From: Octopus vulgaris
Taxonomy: Eukaryota
Direction of reading: 5' to 3'
DNA: 64,000 bases
Assembly: GCA_951406725.2 (NCBI GenBank)
Contig: OX597840.1
Location: 18,166,001-18,230,000, forward strand
Shown piece after piece: positions 41,057 to 56,299 of this stretch; positions within the stretch are counted from its first letter, which is position 1, and every line of letters starts with the position of its first letter. The position numbers and the translations under genes are program-made. Below the pieces are notes generated by a model. The model was given only the letters and a program-made list of their open reading frames with translations, had not been told where the DNA came from and ran no database searches.

Positions 41057-41125
41057 ATATACATATATATTTATATATAAAAAGAATCCGGGCTGAATCT
41101 ATATATGACGGGTTCTTTCGGCTGA

Positions 41126-41437
41126 ATATATATATGACGGGTTCTTTCAGTTTCTGTCTACCAAATCCACTCGCAAAGTTTTGACCAGCCCGAGGCTATA
41201 GTAGAAGACACTCGCCCAAGGTGCCACGCAGTAGGACTGAACCCAGAACCATGTAGTTGGTAAGCAAGCTTCTTACCACACAGTCATGCCTGCATACTGT
41301 TGTCCCATAACTGGCACATAAAAAGCACCCTGTGAGTGCTGTGCCTCACAGAGGCAAGGTGGTCAATGCCAGTGGCATGTAAAAAACAGCATACACGTGA
41401 TCACAAAAAGACAGCGATGTCACTTGGCAGAGTGCCT
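41126..41437 (-). repeat. ~310-bp inverted duplicate of 43448-43759
   Basis: Reverse-complement match with about two substitutions across a composite of SINE head, RTE UTR scrap and mariner piece. Confidence 0.9.
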
Positions 41438-41874
41438 AGATAGTTTGATGAAATTTCATTTAGCAATAAGAAAATTTCCATTTCATAACAAATAGTTTCA
41501 TAACTTAAAAGCATGTAAATAGTTTATATTATTATAATAAATAATAAATAAATTACTTACATGCCAGCGTTAATGCAAACTACAAAAAATCTTTCAAAAT
41601 GATGTAGAATTTAAGCTACGCCCTCAGGTGAAAGAAAGTCATTGATAGATACTAAAACACGAAACCTTATGGAAGACAATGATGATAAAATTAATATAAA
41701 ATGATAAAATTGTGTAATAAATGGAAGGGAATTTTAGTAATATAATTAAAAAGTAACTAGTAGATATTATTCGTATACTAAAAGAAAAGTGATATGTCCA
41801 TTACTAAAAATCTTGAAAATAAAATAAAATGATGATGATGACAATAATAATAATAAAAAAATTTTTTTTTAATA

Positions 41875-41917
<43 letters not shown>

Positions 41918-41921
<4 letters not shown>

Positions 41922-42290
41922 GAGCATTCAGAGAGTGCAAACCTCCTTCAAGGCAACATCAACGTCCTCTCAATGATTAGCCAGAGATGATTTTTAAAAT
42001 GAGAAGATCTGAAATAAACTCGACTGCTCTCACAAACGAAAATACTAAAAATGAACCTGACCGCTCTCAAAAATTAAGTAAAAAAAAAATGGAAAAATAA
42101 TCCAGAATCCTTATCCATTACCAAATCGATCCCAAAATCTAATCAGTTTGTGCCAGTCACGAGGCCAAACATCTCTGAAAGTCTCATCCGAATCCATCCA
42201 ACGGTTCTTGAGATATCCTGTCTATGGACAAACAAACGAAACAAACATGACTCAAAAACAATACCCCCACCTTCACTAAGGCAGAGGTAA
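41918..42290 (+). mobile_element. Non-autonomous Helentron/HINE-like element in (TAA)n
   Basis: 5' AAACCTCC..AAGG subterminal motif and a 3' stem-loop ending AAGGCAGAGGTAA. A second copy is inverted at 54956-55312. Confidence 0.5.
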
Positions 42291-42737
42291 TAATAATAAC
42301 AAACTAAAAAAAACTAATTAACAGTATTTAGGGAAATCATTTACAAAATATAAGGATTTATATCAACAAGAAAATATGAACAATATTAAATTAAGAATAA
42401 TTTAGAAATTTGAAAATATAAGTTAATATTTTTTAAAAGTTCAAGGAAAGTATGAAAGACGGTGGTAATGGCGAACTTCTGCCGACTCTTTCGCCACAAC
42501 TTTCTCTCACTCTTTTCATCTGCATCTTGCAGCTCACTTGTGACGGACCGGCGTCCCATACAGGTGGAGAAACCTATATACCGAGGAAACTGGGAAACTG
42601 ACCCTATGAGCCAGGTGTAGCTTGAGAAGGAACAAACATATATCGCATATGTTTCCTTGAATCATATATTAAGGAGCTTTTTTTATAAGTACTACTGGAA
42701 TCCAAATATTATGACTTAAATTTATATATATATATAC

Positions 42738-43282
42738 ACTAGCTTAAAAGCCTCCCTATCATGTGACTTTTGAGCTAGTGTACAGCTTTTAAGCAACTAA
42801 CCCCAAACAGGAAGATCTGCAACAGATCCCTGATTAGTTTTGGAGAACTTGTTGCGATTGCTTCCTCCAGAGTCATATCCCAATAATGGTCATATTCGTG
42901 GCAAAAAATCATGTAAAAAAATTGCCATAAACAATCGCAGTAATGAAAACATAGGAATCCAAAATTTCAGGATTGCAGGTCCAGATTCAGCCCGGATTCT
43001 TTTTAATTTATTCACAGAGTTGGTCTTTAAATTATAAAAATTGTTATTGTACAAAAAATTTGTTGCAATAAATCACATAGAAAAAAAAAACATTGAAAAC
43101 AATCACAGAAATGAAAACTTGGGAATCCAAAATTTCAGGATTGTGGGACTGGATTCGGCCTGGAACGTTTTTAATTTACTCACAGAGTTGGCCTAATTCC
43201 AAAATAGTATAATATGTTGGGCTACAGCCTCTAGGAGTAAAGTTGAAAAAGTGTGATACACTGACATTCGCATTTATTATAT
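42738..43282 (+). mobile_element. DINE/HINE-like element with an internal ~170-bp tandem duplication
   Basis: Starts ACTAG after (TA)n and ends CGCATTTATTATATA. GGAATCCAAAATTTCAGGATTG..CACAGAGTTGG occurs twice (~42954 and ~43122). Confidence 0.4.
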
Positions 43283-43346
43283 AATATTACATATATATAT
43301 ATATATCTGTGTGTGTATGTGTGTGTATACTGTATTTGATGTCATA

Positions 43347-43500
43347 TACAAGGTAGTATCAAAAAATTCTCAGACTAGTTCTGTAGCGTGCCAACAGATG
43401 GCAGCACACGGTTCTGTGCACAATGCAAGCTAGCATTCACCTGCATGAGGCACTCTGCCAAGTGACATCGCTGTCTTTTTGTGATCACGTGTATGCTGTT
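43347..43500 (+). mobile_element. Mariner-type MITE left end
   Basis: TACAAGGTAGTATCAAAAAATTCTCAGACT..CCAACAGATGGCAGCAC resembles mariner TIR and subterminal sequence. Confidence 0.45.
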
Positions 43501-44629
43501 TTTTACATGCCACTGGCATTGACCACCTTGCCTCTGTGAGGCACAGCACTCACAAGGTGCTTTTTATGTGCCAGTTATGGGACAACAGTATGCAGGCATG
43601 ACTGTGTGGTAAGAAGCTTGCTTACCAACTACATGGTTCTGGGTTCAGTCCTACTGTGTGGCACCTTGGGCGAGTGTCTTCTACTATAGCCTCGGGCTGG
43701 TCAAAACTTTGCGAGTGGATTTGGTAGACAGAAACTGAAAGAACCCGTCATATATATATATACATATATTTGTGTCTGTGATTGTTCCTCCATCATCACT
43801 TGACAACCAATGCTGGTGTGTTTATGTCCCTTGGCAAAGCTTTGAGTGGATTTGGTAGACAAAAACTGAAAGAAGCCTATCGTATGTATGTATATATGTA
43901 TATATTGATGAGTGTTTGTCTCCACATCACTGCTTGACAACTGGTGTTGGTGTGTTTATGTTCCAGTAACTTAGCCATGCACTAAAAGCAACTAATAGAA
44001 TAAGTGCTAGGCTTAAAAGTAAGTCCTGGGGTCAATTTGTTTGACTAAAACCCTTCAATGCAGTGCTCTAGCACGGCTGCAGTCAACTGACTGAAACAAG
44101 TGAAAGAATAAATGAATATATATATAGTACAAAAATATAGGGCTTTAGTTCACAGGTGATCTAAATGACCAGGTGTGCTAGGTAAGTGCTGTAACGAATT
44201 ACTTGGGAAAGCTGGAAAGTGGAACTGTAAACTTTTATGCTTCTTTTTCCATCTCTTTCTTCATCTCCTTATTCCTTTACTCCTGTCCTCTATGTCATCA
44301 TCTCATTAATCTATATCCTCTCATTTTCCCTCTTTGTCTCCAATGATGGAATATCTCATACTCTGGGATACCCCAGAAACAGCTGTAAGACTTTGAATCT
44401 TTTTTACAATAATAATAATTTATATGACTTGAGATGTTTGCCTTGCCTTAACATTTGTTGTCCTCTTTAACAATTATATATATGTGGTGGCAGCATGGAC
44501 TTTTGTCTGTCTTCTTACTTTATTAGAGTATTTAAGTAAAATTATATTAATGTGTCCAACTGATTAAAAAAATTCTATTTATTTATTTATGCAGCTGAAA
44601 CAATACATATATATATGTATATATGTATA

Positions 44630-45249
44630 TAAATTAGAGAAGAACCACCATGTAGCAATTCAACAATGATATAATTAAATCATGCCATATAGAAAAAAAT
44701 TAAAATACAATAAAACATATACCAATAATTAAGTAAAGTACAAAATAATAAATAATAAATAAATAGTATATAATTGGTAAAAAGACTACACGTGTTTTGG
44801 GGCTATATTTTCAATTTGATAGCAGTAAAATCAATTCAATTTAAATATAGTTACTCATCAGGTCCAAGATAAAAGCAAAATAATTAAATAAATATATACA
44901 TATCTTGTAAGAAAATATAAATATATATAAAAATACGTAATTTTTCAATAAAAATCAAACAAAATTCAATAATATATCTTAAAATAAAAACACAAAATAT
45001 GTTAACAAATATATTCTGTTAACTAAATCTTTAAAATTATTACATAGCACTTATTGTTTATAAAATTTATCTTGTTAAAAACTTAGTATAAATAAAGCTA
45101 GAATAAATAGATATAAATATTTATTTTATCTATGAAAATAAATTTTAACTCATATAAGAAAAAAATAACAAACTATAATATATCATTACTAGAAAATTCA
45201 AATACAAGTAATTAAAACAAAATATTTAAAACAAAATATTTAAAACAAA

Positions 45250-45260
<11 letters not shown>
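44630..45260 (-). mobile_element. AT-rich Penelope-like relic with a mutated type I hammerhead (44783-44865)
   Basis: Minus strand reads GGAC-CUGAUGA-stem II-AAAAC ACGU GUA-GUCU. Stem I is 4 bp and G12 is replaced by A. (TA)n flanks. Confidence 0.6.
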
Positions 45261-45286
<26 letters not shown>

Positions 45287-46149
45287 GCATAATATATATA
45301 GTCCATTTTCCATGCTGGCATGGGTTGGACAGTTTGACTGAGGTCTGGAGAGCCAGCAGTTGCACCAGGCTCCAGTCTGGTCTGGCAATGTTTCTACATC
45401 TAGATGCCCTTCCTAATGCCAACCACCCCGAGAGTGTAGTGGGTGCTTTCTACATTCCACCGACACAGGTGCCAGTCAGGTAAGCCTTGCATCGATCACG
45501 TTAAGATAGTGCGTTTTACATGCCACCAGCATGGGAGCCAGTCAGGCAGGCCTTGCATCGATCACGTTTTACGTGCCCTCAGCACGGGAGCTAGTCAGGG
45601 GACACTGGCATCAAATATGTTTGGATGATGCATTTTACATGCTGCCAGAACAGGAGCCAGTCAGGGGTCTCTGGCCACAGCTTTGATTTTGGTCTTCTCA
45701 AGCATATCATATCACCCAATGCTTCAAGGGTACTCTTAAATGGGCCGGACATGCAACACTGGCATCAGCCATGGCTGTGAAGCACTCAATCATAATCCAA
45801 GTTATGTCTAACCACATCAAATGGTAAGGAATATCTACGATTACTTCAGGTAAGCAAATCCTAGTGGATTTCCTCCGATGGACAAATCCTGGGTTTGCTT
45901 CACTGGATTATAAATAGTTTACCCAGTGTATATACGAGACAATTAAAATGAATGCAGAGAGGGAGGCCTCAAACGGCTGCTCATGGAAACCACACAAAAG
46001 CCACGATCACCCTGACCTTTAGGGCAGGTACCTTCTCCTCTTCCTCTAACCTCAATCTGGAAACACATGCTTAGCCTGTTCACTTGGGGCCATTTGTGCT
46101 ACATTCATCCATCCAGAAATTTTGACAAAATTGCTGGGAGGCAGCACTT

Positions 46150-48240
<2,091 letters not shown>

Positions 48241-49585
48241 TGTGTGTTGTTGTAGTGTGTGCGTATGTGTGTTTATAGATTTGTATGTATGTATGTATGC
48301 ATGTGTATATACAGGAAGTGAAAAAGAGGAGAGGGAGAGGCCAGTAGGTACATATTCTAATTAATTTATGCTAGTATTAATATTATCGTCATCATCATTA
48401 TCATCATCATCACCATCATTATTATTAGTATTTTTATTATCATTATTACTATTATCATTATTATTATTATTATTATTATTGTTATTATTATTATTATTAT
48501 TATTGCTATTTAGCCTGCAGGTGAGCTCAGAATGAACAGGAGCTCAGAACCATGACTAAAAGCATTCCTACTATGAACATCCTGTCTATGTCTATCTAGG
48601 GATATGTCATCTAATGTGGCACATCTCTACATTTTATTCTTCCTTGCTTTTTCTCAACTGGTAGACACTATTTTTGGAGAGAGATTTCACTGCTGTTTCT
48701 AGCATGTTGATCAAGCTCACAGTGGTCTACCTATGAGACATGAAATACAATCCAGACATGACCATACTGTTTTATTTTGCTTTTAGTTTTCTGATGCTTT
48801 ACAATGCATTTCAGACATTATTATATAATATGTCCTTCACATTTTAATAAAAAGGGATATGATTTAAAGGTGGTTTAGTTGCTATTTCTATTGGGTATAT
48901 CAACCATATAGATCTTCATTATATGTACATAGTTTTGTAGTTTTTGCGTGAGTGAGTATTTCATTATTATCATCACCATCATCACCATCATCGTTTTAAT
49001 GTCTACTTTTTCTATACTTGGTGGCTTAGTGGTTAGGGTGTTAGATTCCTGATCGTAACATTGTGGTTTCAATTCCTGGACCAGACAATGTGTTGCGTTC
49101 CTGAGCAAATCACTTCTTTTCATGTTGCTTCAGTTCACTCAACCAAGGGCTGATACAGCTTGGCACCAGTGGCATCACGACTCCTTTTTACAGCTGAATA
49201 AACTGGACCAACATGAAATAAAGTGCCTTGCTCAAGAACACTACGCCCAGCCCAGTCCGGGAATTGAACTCACAACCTCACAATCGTAAGCTCGATGCTC
49301 TAATCATTCTGTTATGATTTTTGTATTTGATTTGCAAGATTCTTGATTTGAATTCGCGCATTGAAAACAAATGTTGCCGTATCTTGGGAGGGTCATTGTG
49401 CCAAGAATAACCAACATACACTGGTCCAATTTCACTTCTTTAAAACAGCCGATCAGTTATATATCTGACTGAAACAAGGAATTAAATAAACAGTTGATTA
49501 ATTAGTTGGTGAGATATTTAACCAATTGACTTGCAATAAAGAAGTGAAATTGAACCAGTGCATGTGTTTGTTATTAATGATTTTA

Positions 49586-50032
49586 AGGTGGTGGGCTGGC
49601 AGAAACGTTAGCACGCCGGGCGAAATGTTTAGCAACATTTCATCTGCTGCTACGTTCTGAGTTCGAATTCCGCCAAGGTCGACTTTGCCTTTCATCCTTT
49701 CGGGGTCAATAAATTAAGTACCAGTTACGCACTGGGGTCGATGTAATCGACTCAATACCTTTGTCTGTCCTCGTTTGTCCCCTCTATGTTTAGCCCCTTG
49801 TGGACAATAAAGAAATAGGTGTTAAGGTGGCGAGCTGGCAGAAACGTTAGCACGCCAGGCGAAATGTTTAGCAACATTTTGTCTGCCGTTACGTTCTGAG
49901 TTCAAATTCCGCCGAGGTCGACTTTGCCTTTCATCCTTTCGGGGTCGATTAAATAAGTACCAGTTACGCACTGGGGTCGATATAATCAACTTAATCCGTG
50001 TTTAGCCCCTTGTGGGTAGTAAAGAAATAGGT
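49586..50032 (+). mobile_element. Tandem pair of family C SINEs
   Basis: Two consecutive GGTGG..GCTGGCAGAAACGTTAGCACGCC..AAAGAAATAGG units. Confidence 0.75.
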
Positions 50033-50380
50033 GTTATTACCCTCCCAAGACACAAGTATTGTGGTTGTTATTGTTTAACCCCTATCTCCGGCACAACCAC
50101 CACCACCACCGACCCAAGAGCAAAGCAAAACATTCTACTGGTACCCCTACACTCACAACTGCAGCATACAGAGTTTACAATTTGGACCCACTCAGACCTG
50201 GGTGTGGGGTGCTGGACCACAGTACAGTGGGACCCCTACTTTAAGACAGTACTGACTCCCAGCTGGACATACATGACCAGACCCTGACCACCCAAACTTT
50301 ATTCTACTTATGACATTACAATGTGTGTCCTTCCAGTACTGCTGCTGCTGCTACTACTACTACTACCACCACCACCACTG

Positions 50381-50421
<41 letters not shown>

Positions 50422-50829
50422 GCTACTACTACCACCACCACCACCACCACCACCACGACTATAACTACTCTAACGCCATGACTACTGCTGCTGCTACTCA
50501 GCAGCATCATACATCACCACAGCACACCAACACCACCACTACAACTACTACCTCTACTACTGTTGCTGCAGCTTCTACACCACCAGCACCATCTCCATAC
50601 ATCACCACAAGGCACCACCACCACTATTACTACCACCATCATCCTACCAGCACACTCCACCATCACCACCACCGCCACCACCACCATCTGTGTTGTTTGT
50701 TTCCAATCTTCTCTGTGGAAACATGTCCAGCCATTGGGGAATGTTGCTTTGCTTGGAAATAGATGAGGGTTTGTGACTGGAAGGGCATCCAGCCATAGAA
50801 AATCTGTCTTCACAAATGTATACATGCAT

Positions 50830-51192
50830 GCAGGAGTAGCTTGCTTACCAACCACATCGTTCCTGGTTCAGTCCCACTGCATGGCACCTTGGGCAAGTGT
50901 CTTCTACTATAGCCTTGGGCTGAGCAAAGGTTTGTGAGTGGATTTGGTAGACGGAAACTGAAAGAAGCCCATCATATATATATATGCATATGTTTGTGTG
51001 TCTGTGTTTGTCCCCCACCAACATCGCTTGACAACCGATGTTGGTGTGTTTACATCCCTGTAAATTAGCAATTTGGCCAAAGAAACTGATAGAATAAGTA
51101 CTGGGCTTACAAAGAATGAGTTCTAGTGTCGATTTGTTTAACTAAAGGTGGTGCTCCAGCATGGCCGTAGTCAAATGAGTGAAACAAGTAAA
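50830..51192 (+). mobile_element. SINE family A
   Basis: Matches family consensus, with a small deletion in the head. Confidence 0.75.
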
Positions 51193-51829
51193 TGAATATG
51201 TATATGCACATAAAACTTAGCATATCGTTCTGTCTTTGAGGGGTTGGAATGGCATTGGGGTGTCCACAAGGGCACAGGAATAGTAGTATTCTTCTTCTTC
51301 TTCTTCTTCTTCTTCTTCTTCTTCTTCTTCTTCCTCTTCCTCTTCTTCTTCTTCTTCTCCTTCTTCTTCTTCTTCTTAATCCTTTTTGCTCCTTGTGGAG
51401 CATAGAGCCGGTTTCCTTGGCATATAGGTTCCCCACCTGGACTGGATGCCAGTCCGTCGCAGGTGAGCTGCAAGATGCAAGAGTGAGAGAAAGTTGTAAC
51501 GAAAGAGTCAGCAGAATTTCGCCATTACCTTCTGCCGGAGCCACGTGGAGCTTAGGTGTTTCACTCATAAACACACACATTTAAATGTAAATTCAATGAG
51601 TTATATATGCAACACTGATTCTTATATATTTATATATTTTATATGATGTTTATATATTTATATATGATTATATTTTTGGATAATCCTTTATCAGCACTTT
51701 TATTCATTTTCTGAACTCAAGACAAAATCAAAATGGTTTAAACAGAATGTTTTGTTGTTGATTTATATGAATCGGATGCTTTTTTGCTTTGTTTAGAAGA
51801 GGAGAATATAAATATATGTGTGTCAGTGT

Positions 51830-52800
51830 ATTTCTGCATCTGTTGCTAACTAAGGGCCTCCCCTTCAGAGGGAAAAGTAGATTGTATGATGCCTGTGCAT
51901 GTACAGTCCTACTACACAGCAGAGAAACATGGGCTATGACTGCAGAAGACTTTCAAATGCTTGAAAGTAATGAAGCTAGCATGTTCCACTGGATGGGTAA
52001 TGTTGGTGTGCATGAACAGCAGAGAGTAAATGATTTAAGAGGAAAACTGGGTATAAGAGGCATCAGATGTTGGCTGCAAGAGAGAAGACTGAACTGGTTT
52101 TGTCATGGGATTTGTATGAATAAGGGCAGCTGCTTAACCCTTTCATTACCAACCCACCAGAAATTACCTCTGGCTCTGTAGTATAAATGTCTTGTTTTCA
52201 TAATTTCTGAATTAAAATCTTCCACCAAACCTTAGTCACAATTTATGTTCCTAACACTAGCTGAATGGTAACCAAGTTATTTTACTAAATTCTTTGTTTT
52301 ATTTAAAATTAATTGAAAGAAACAGAGAACATCTCAACGGAGATACAGTAATGAAAGGGCTAAAGAGGTGCTGATTTCTAATTGTGGAGGGAACCTGTGG
52401 AAGAAGTAGACCTAGGAAGACATGGGACAAAGTAGTGAGAAAGGATATTCAGATGCTGGGCCTCACTGAGGAAATAGAAAGGGACTGGGAATTGTGGTGG
52501 TTTGCTGTACTTGAGAAGACATGTAAACCTTAGTAAAATTCTGGTCCTTCACATCTCAGGCTTGTTCTTTACAGGTGCTGGTGCCATGTAAAATACTCTG
52601 GTTCCAGTGCTGTGTAAATGTATGTAAAAACCAGCCAGCACATTATGTTAAGTGGTTGGCATTAAGAAGGGCATCCAGCTGTAGAAACCATGCCTCAACA
52701 GACAGCTGGAGTTTGGACAGCTCCTCAGCAGGCCAACTCCTGTCAAACGGTCCAACCCTCGCCAGCATGGAAAATGGACATTGAACGATGATGATGATGG
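51830..52800 (+). mobile_element. Older RTE LINE 3' fragment interrupted by a piggyBac MITE
   Basis: LLLTKGLPFRGKSRLYDACACTVLLHSRETW..QERRLNWF..[MITE]..VEGTCGRSRPRKTWD, followed by a family B UTR and (GAT)n. Confidence 0.8.
52138..52359. mobile_element. piggyBac-type MITE, same family as 22842-23039 in opposite orientation
   Basis: TTAA-CCCTTTCATTAC ... GTAATGAAAGGG-CTAA; internal sequence is the reverse complement of the first copy. Confidence 0.8.
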
Positions 52801-52814
52801 CAATGATGGTGATG

Positions 52815-52925
<111 letters not shown>

Positions 52926-53309
52926 TATAGATAGATAGATATGTATGTATGTATATGAATGAAATGAAACGGAGCCCATCATTTGTCAGGTTGCAAAATA
53001 GGGCAATAAAGAAGGTGTTCTGAAGAAGTTAGTTACAACTAAAATAGCATGAGAGCTGTGACACAAAACCTACCTGAAATAAATACCCTGTGAAATAACG
53101 CTGTACCTAAAATATCTGTTTCACCTATTATATTCTTAGTCATCTACCAAGCAAAGAGTACTTTCAGTCACCTGTGCACCACCACCCTCACCCTCCCCAC
53201 TACCACCATCACCATTATCATCACCACCATCACCATAACAACAACACCATTTCTGAAGGAGCTAATTCTTGTTTCTCTCTCCCCCTTTTTCTTTACTTCT
53301 CTTCTACAG

Positions 53310-53412
53310 TTGACCATTCGGAGCGGCGCAAGAAAGAATGGCTTCCTTCAATGATGTTGATCATAAAAAGGAATCTTCCAAGAGAGGCAGCTGAATGGAG
53401 TGACAAAGATGT
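53310..53412 (+). CDS. LRRC46: LRRC46-like leucine-rich-repeat protein, internal exon (phase 1 to 2)
   Basis: Long polypyrimidine tract plus CTACAG acceptor and GTAAGA donor. Encodes DHSERRKKEWLPSMMLIIKRNLPREAAEWSDKD; LIIKRNL recalls LITKRNL of vertebrate LRRC46 (from memory). Confidence 0.72.
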
Positions 53413-53455
53413 GTAAGATAGTATATGGTTTACTTATCATTATTATTATTATTGT

Positions 53456-53835
53456 GGAGGCGCAATGGCCCAGTGGTTAGGGCAGCGGACTCGTGGTCGT
53501 AGGATCGCGGTTTCGATTCCCAGACCGGGCGTTGTGAGTGTTTATTGAGCGAAAACACCTAAAGCTTCACAAGGCTCCTGCAGGGGATGGTGGTGATCCC
53601 TGCTGTACTCTTTCACCACAACTTTCTCTCACTCTTACTTCCTGTTTCTGATGTACCTGTATTTCAAAGGGCCGGCCTTGTCACACTTTATGTCACGCTG
53701 AATCTCCTCGAGAACTACGTTAAGGGTACACGTGTCTGTGGAATGCTCAGCCACTTGCACGTTAATTCCATGAGCAAGCTGTTCTGTTGATCGTATCAGC
53801 TGGGACCCTCATCGTCGTAACCGACGGAGTGCTCC
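53456..53835 (+). mobile_element. tRNA-derived SINE family D, full length
   Basis: GGAGGCGCAATGGCCCAGTGGTTAGGGCAGCGGACTCG..GGTTTCGATTCCCAG. A truncated copy lies at 28949-29070. Confidence 0.75.
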
Positions 53836-54383
53836 TATATTATTATTATTATCATCATCATTATTATTGTTATACTGTGGCAATCTGGTACAATTCTTAG
53901 CAAGCTGGACAAAATGGTTAGTGGCATTTTGTCCGTCTTTATGTTCTGAAGTTCAAATTCTGCCAAGGTCGATTTTGCTTTTCATCCTTTCGGGGTCGAT
54001 AAATTAAGTACCAGTGAAACATTGGGATTGATATAATCAACTGGTCCCCTCCCCTCAAATTTCAGACCTTGTACCTTCAGTAGAAAGGATTGTTGTTGTT
54101 GTTATTAAGGTGGCAAGCTGGCAGAATCTGAGTGAAATGCTTAGCATTCTGAGTTCAAATTCTGCTAAGGTTGACTTTGCCTTTCATCCTTTCGGGGTCA
54201 ATAAATTAAGTATCAATTACAGACTAGAGTCGATGTAATTGACTCACCCCATCCCCCCACTAAATTTCAGGCCTTGTGCCTATAGTAGAAATTATTATGC
54301 TACCATGGAAAAACGGACGTTAAACGATGATGATGATGATGATTATTATTATTACTATTATTATTATTATTATTATTATTATT

Positions 54384-54935
54384 GAGTGAGAGAGCAGTTC
54401 ATGCCATCAAAGTGACACTGGGGTAAAATATACGAAGCCCAATATACCCATCATGACCACCCGTCTGATAAGGGCACACCAGGCACATGCATCACAACCA
54501 TATGTGCGCGGCATGGTGATCTCATATCAAGATAAACAGGGCATGACCTTGCAGGTGGGGCTCAGTTAGAATTTTCTTCTGGTCGAGTAACCCATCCCGC
54601 TCAAAAGGCCCCTGTATAAGGGTTGTTTAAGGATGTTGAAAGAACCACCCATGTTTCCAGAGGTGAATTATTCAAACCCCAAAGAATCCCTCTCAACACA
54701 TGGCTATGATGCTCCCCCATTACTTCAGCTCGTGATCAGAGATGCACATATCATCAGCCACTAAGGGACATGCTTAACTGGTTACGGTCAAACAACTGAC
54801 AAGCAAATCTGTGGTATTGAGCAGAATATTTGTTGTAGCCCATCTTTTATACCAAGACAAAACAATGTACATGATAACACTTCCAATCAGTTAAGATCAG
54901 AAGCCATGAGAGCCACTGCCTGGTACTGCTCAGGG
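54384..54935. mobile_element. Unclassified ~550-bp non-coding insert in a (TTA)n tract
   Basis: Complex sequence sharply bounded by (TTA)n on both sides; no ORF and no TIR. Confidence 0.4.
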
Positions 54936-55565
54936 AATTATTATTATTATTATTATTACCCCGCCTTATCAAAAGCGGAGGTATTGTTTTCAGTCGTATT
55001 TGTTTGTCTGTGGAGAAGATATCTCAAAAACTGCTGGATGGATTCGGATGAAACTTTCAGAGATGTTTGGCCTTGTGACTGGCACAAACTGATTAGACTT
55101 TGAGATCAATCCGGTACAGGACAAGGATTCTGGATTATTTACTCGATTTTTTTTACTTAAATTTTGAGAGCAGTTGGGTTCATTTTTAGTTTTCTTGTTT
55201 GTGAAAGCAGTCAAGTTTATTTCAGATATTCTCATTTTAAAAATCATCTCTGGCTAATCGTTGAGAGGATGTTGGTGTTGCCTTGGCAGAGGTTTGCACT
55301 CTCTTAGTGCTGTTATTGTTGTTGTTGTTGTTGTTGTGTTTGTTAAGGCGGAGAAATGGTAGAATTGTTAGAATGTTGGGCACAATACTTAGTGTTTTTT
55401 TTTGTCTGTATTTATGTTCTGAGTTCAAATGCTGCCAAGGTTGGCTTTGCCTTTCATCCTTTTGGGGTCAAAAACAAAAAAGGACCAATTGAGCAAAGTG
55501 GTTGAATGTGATCAACTTAACCTTATCCCTGAACTTGATGGTCTTGTACCAAACTTGAAAACCCC

Positions 55566-55724
55566 TTCTTCTTCTTCTTCTTCTTCTTCTTCTTCTTCTT
55601 CTTCTTCTTCTTCTTCTTCTTCTTCTTCTTCTTCTTCTTCTTCTTCTTCTTCTTCTTCTTCTTCTTCTTCTTCTTCTTCTTCTTCTTCTTCTTCTTCTTC
55701 TTCTTCTTCTTCTTCTTCTTCTTC
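55566..55724. repeat. Long perfect (TTC)n microsatellite (~50 units)
   Basis: Direct inspection. Confidence 0.95.
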
Positions 55725-56184
55725 ATCATCATCATCATTATCTTCTTCTTCTTCATCCAATTCTTTCAATTCTTCCTCCTCCTCTTCTTCTTCTTCTTCT
55801 ACCAATCCTCCTCTTCCTCCCCTCCGCCCCTCCCTCTCCTACCCCTCCTCCTCCATCATCCCCTTTCTTGTCCACTGTCTTCCTCTTCTTCCTCAAGAAC
55901 ACAACCCACTGCCCAGTCTGAGAATTGAAACCGCAATCTTATTCCAGACTATGTTCCTTCATGATATATACATTGGAGGAATGAGATTATCGACCTTGCT
56001 CATGAAGGCAGAGTGCCCCAGCATGGCCACAGTGTCCAATGACTGAAACCACTGGAACAATATAAAGCTTTTTTGTTTTTGTTTTTTTTTCTTTTGTTTT
56101 TGTATTTATTTGTAACGTTTTTCTCTTAGTTTCATGCTTTTCCATTAATCGCAAACCTCTCTCTTTTTCTTTTTCTCGTTAAAG

Positions 56185-56299
56185 TCTGGATGCTGTGGCT
56201 AAGATCTCTCACCTGCAATTGGATGGCGAATCAATTGATGAAATTGATTTCACTCAGTTTATTGATGAAGAAATCTTGACCAATTTGTATCTTCAGAAT
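56185..56299 (+). CDS. LRRC46: LRRC46-like protein, internal exon (phase 2 to 0), first SDS22-type LRRs
   Basis: Polypyrimidine tract plus AAG acceptor and GTATGT donor. GT+T completes a Val codon with the previous exon. Encodes LDAVAKISHLQLDGESIDEIDFTQFIDEEILTNLYLQN (LxxLxL pattern; compare LQTVRLDREGI..LHSLYLQ). Confidence 0.75.

Noticed and set aside
53456-53530. tRNA gene
   Set aside because: A and B boxes are present but there is no acceptor stem; it runs into a SINE body and recurs at 28949.
55429-56046. 205-aa poly-Ser ORF and the antisense poly-Glu/Lys ORFs
   Set aside because: Translations of the (TTC)n microsatellite.
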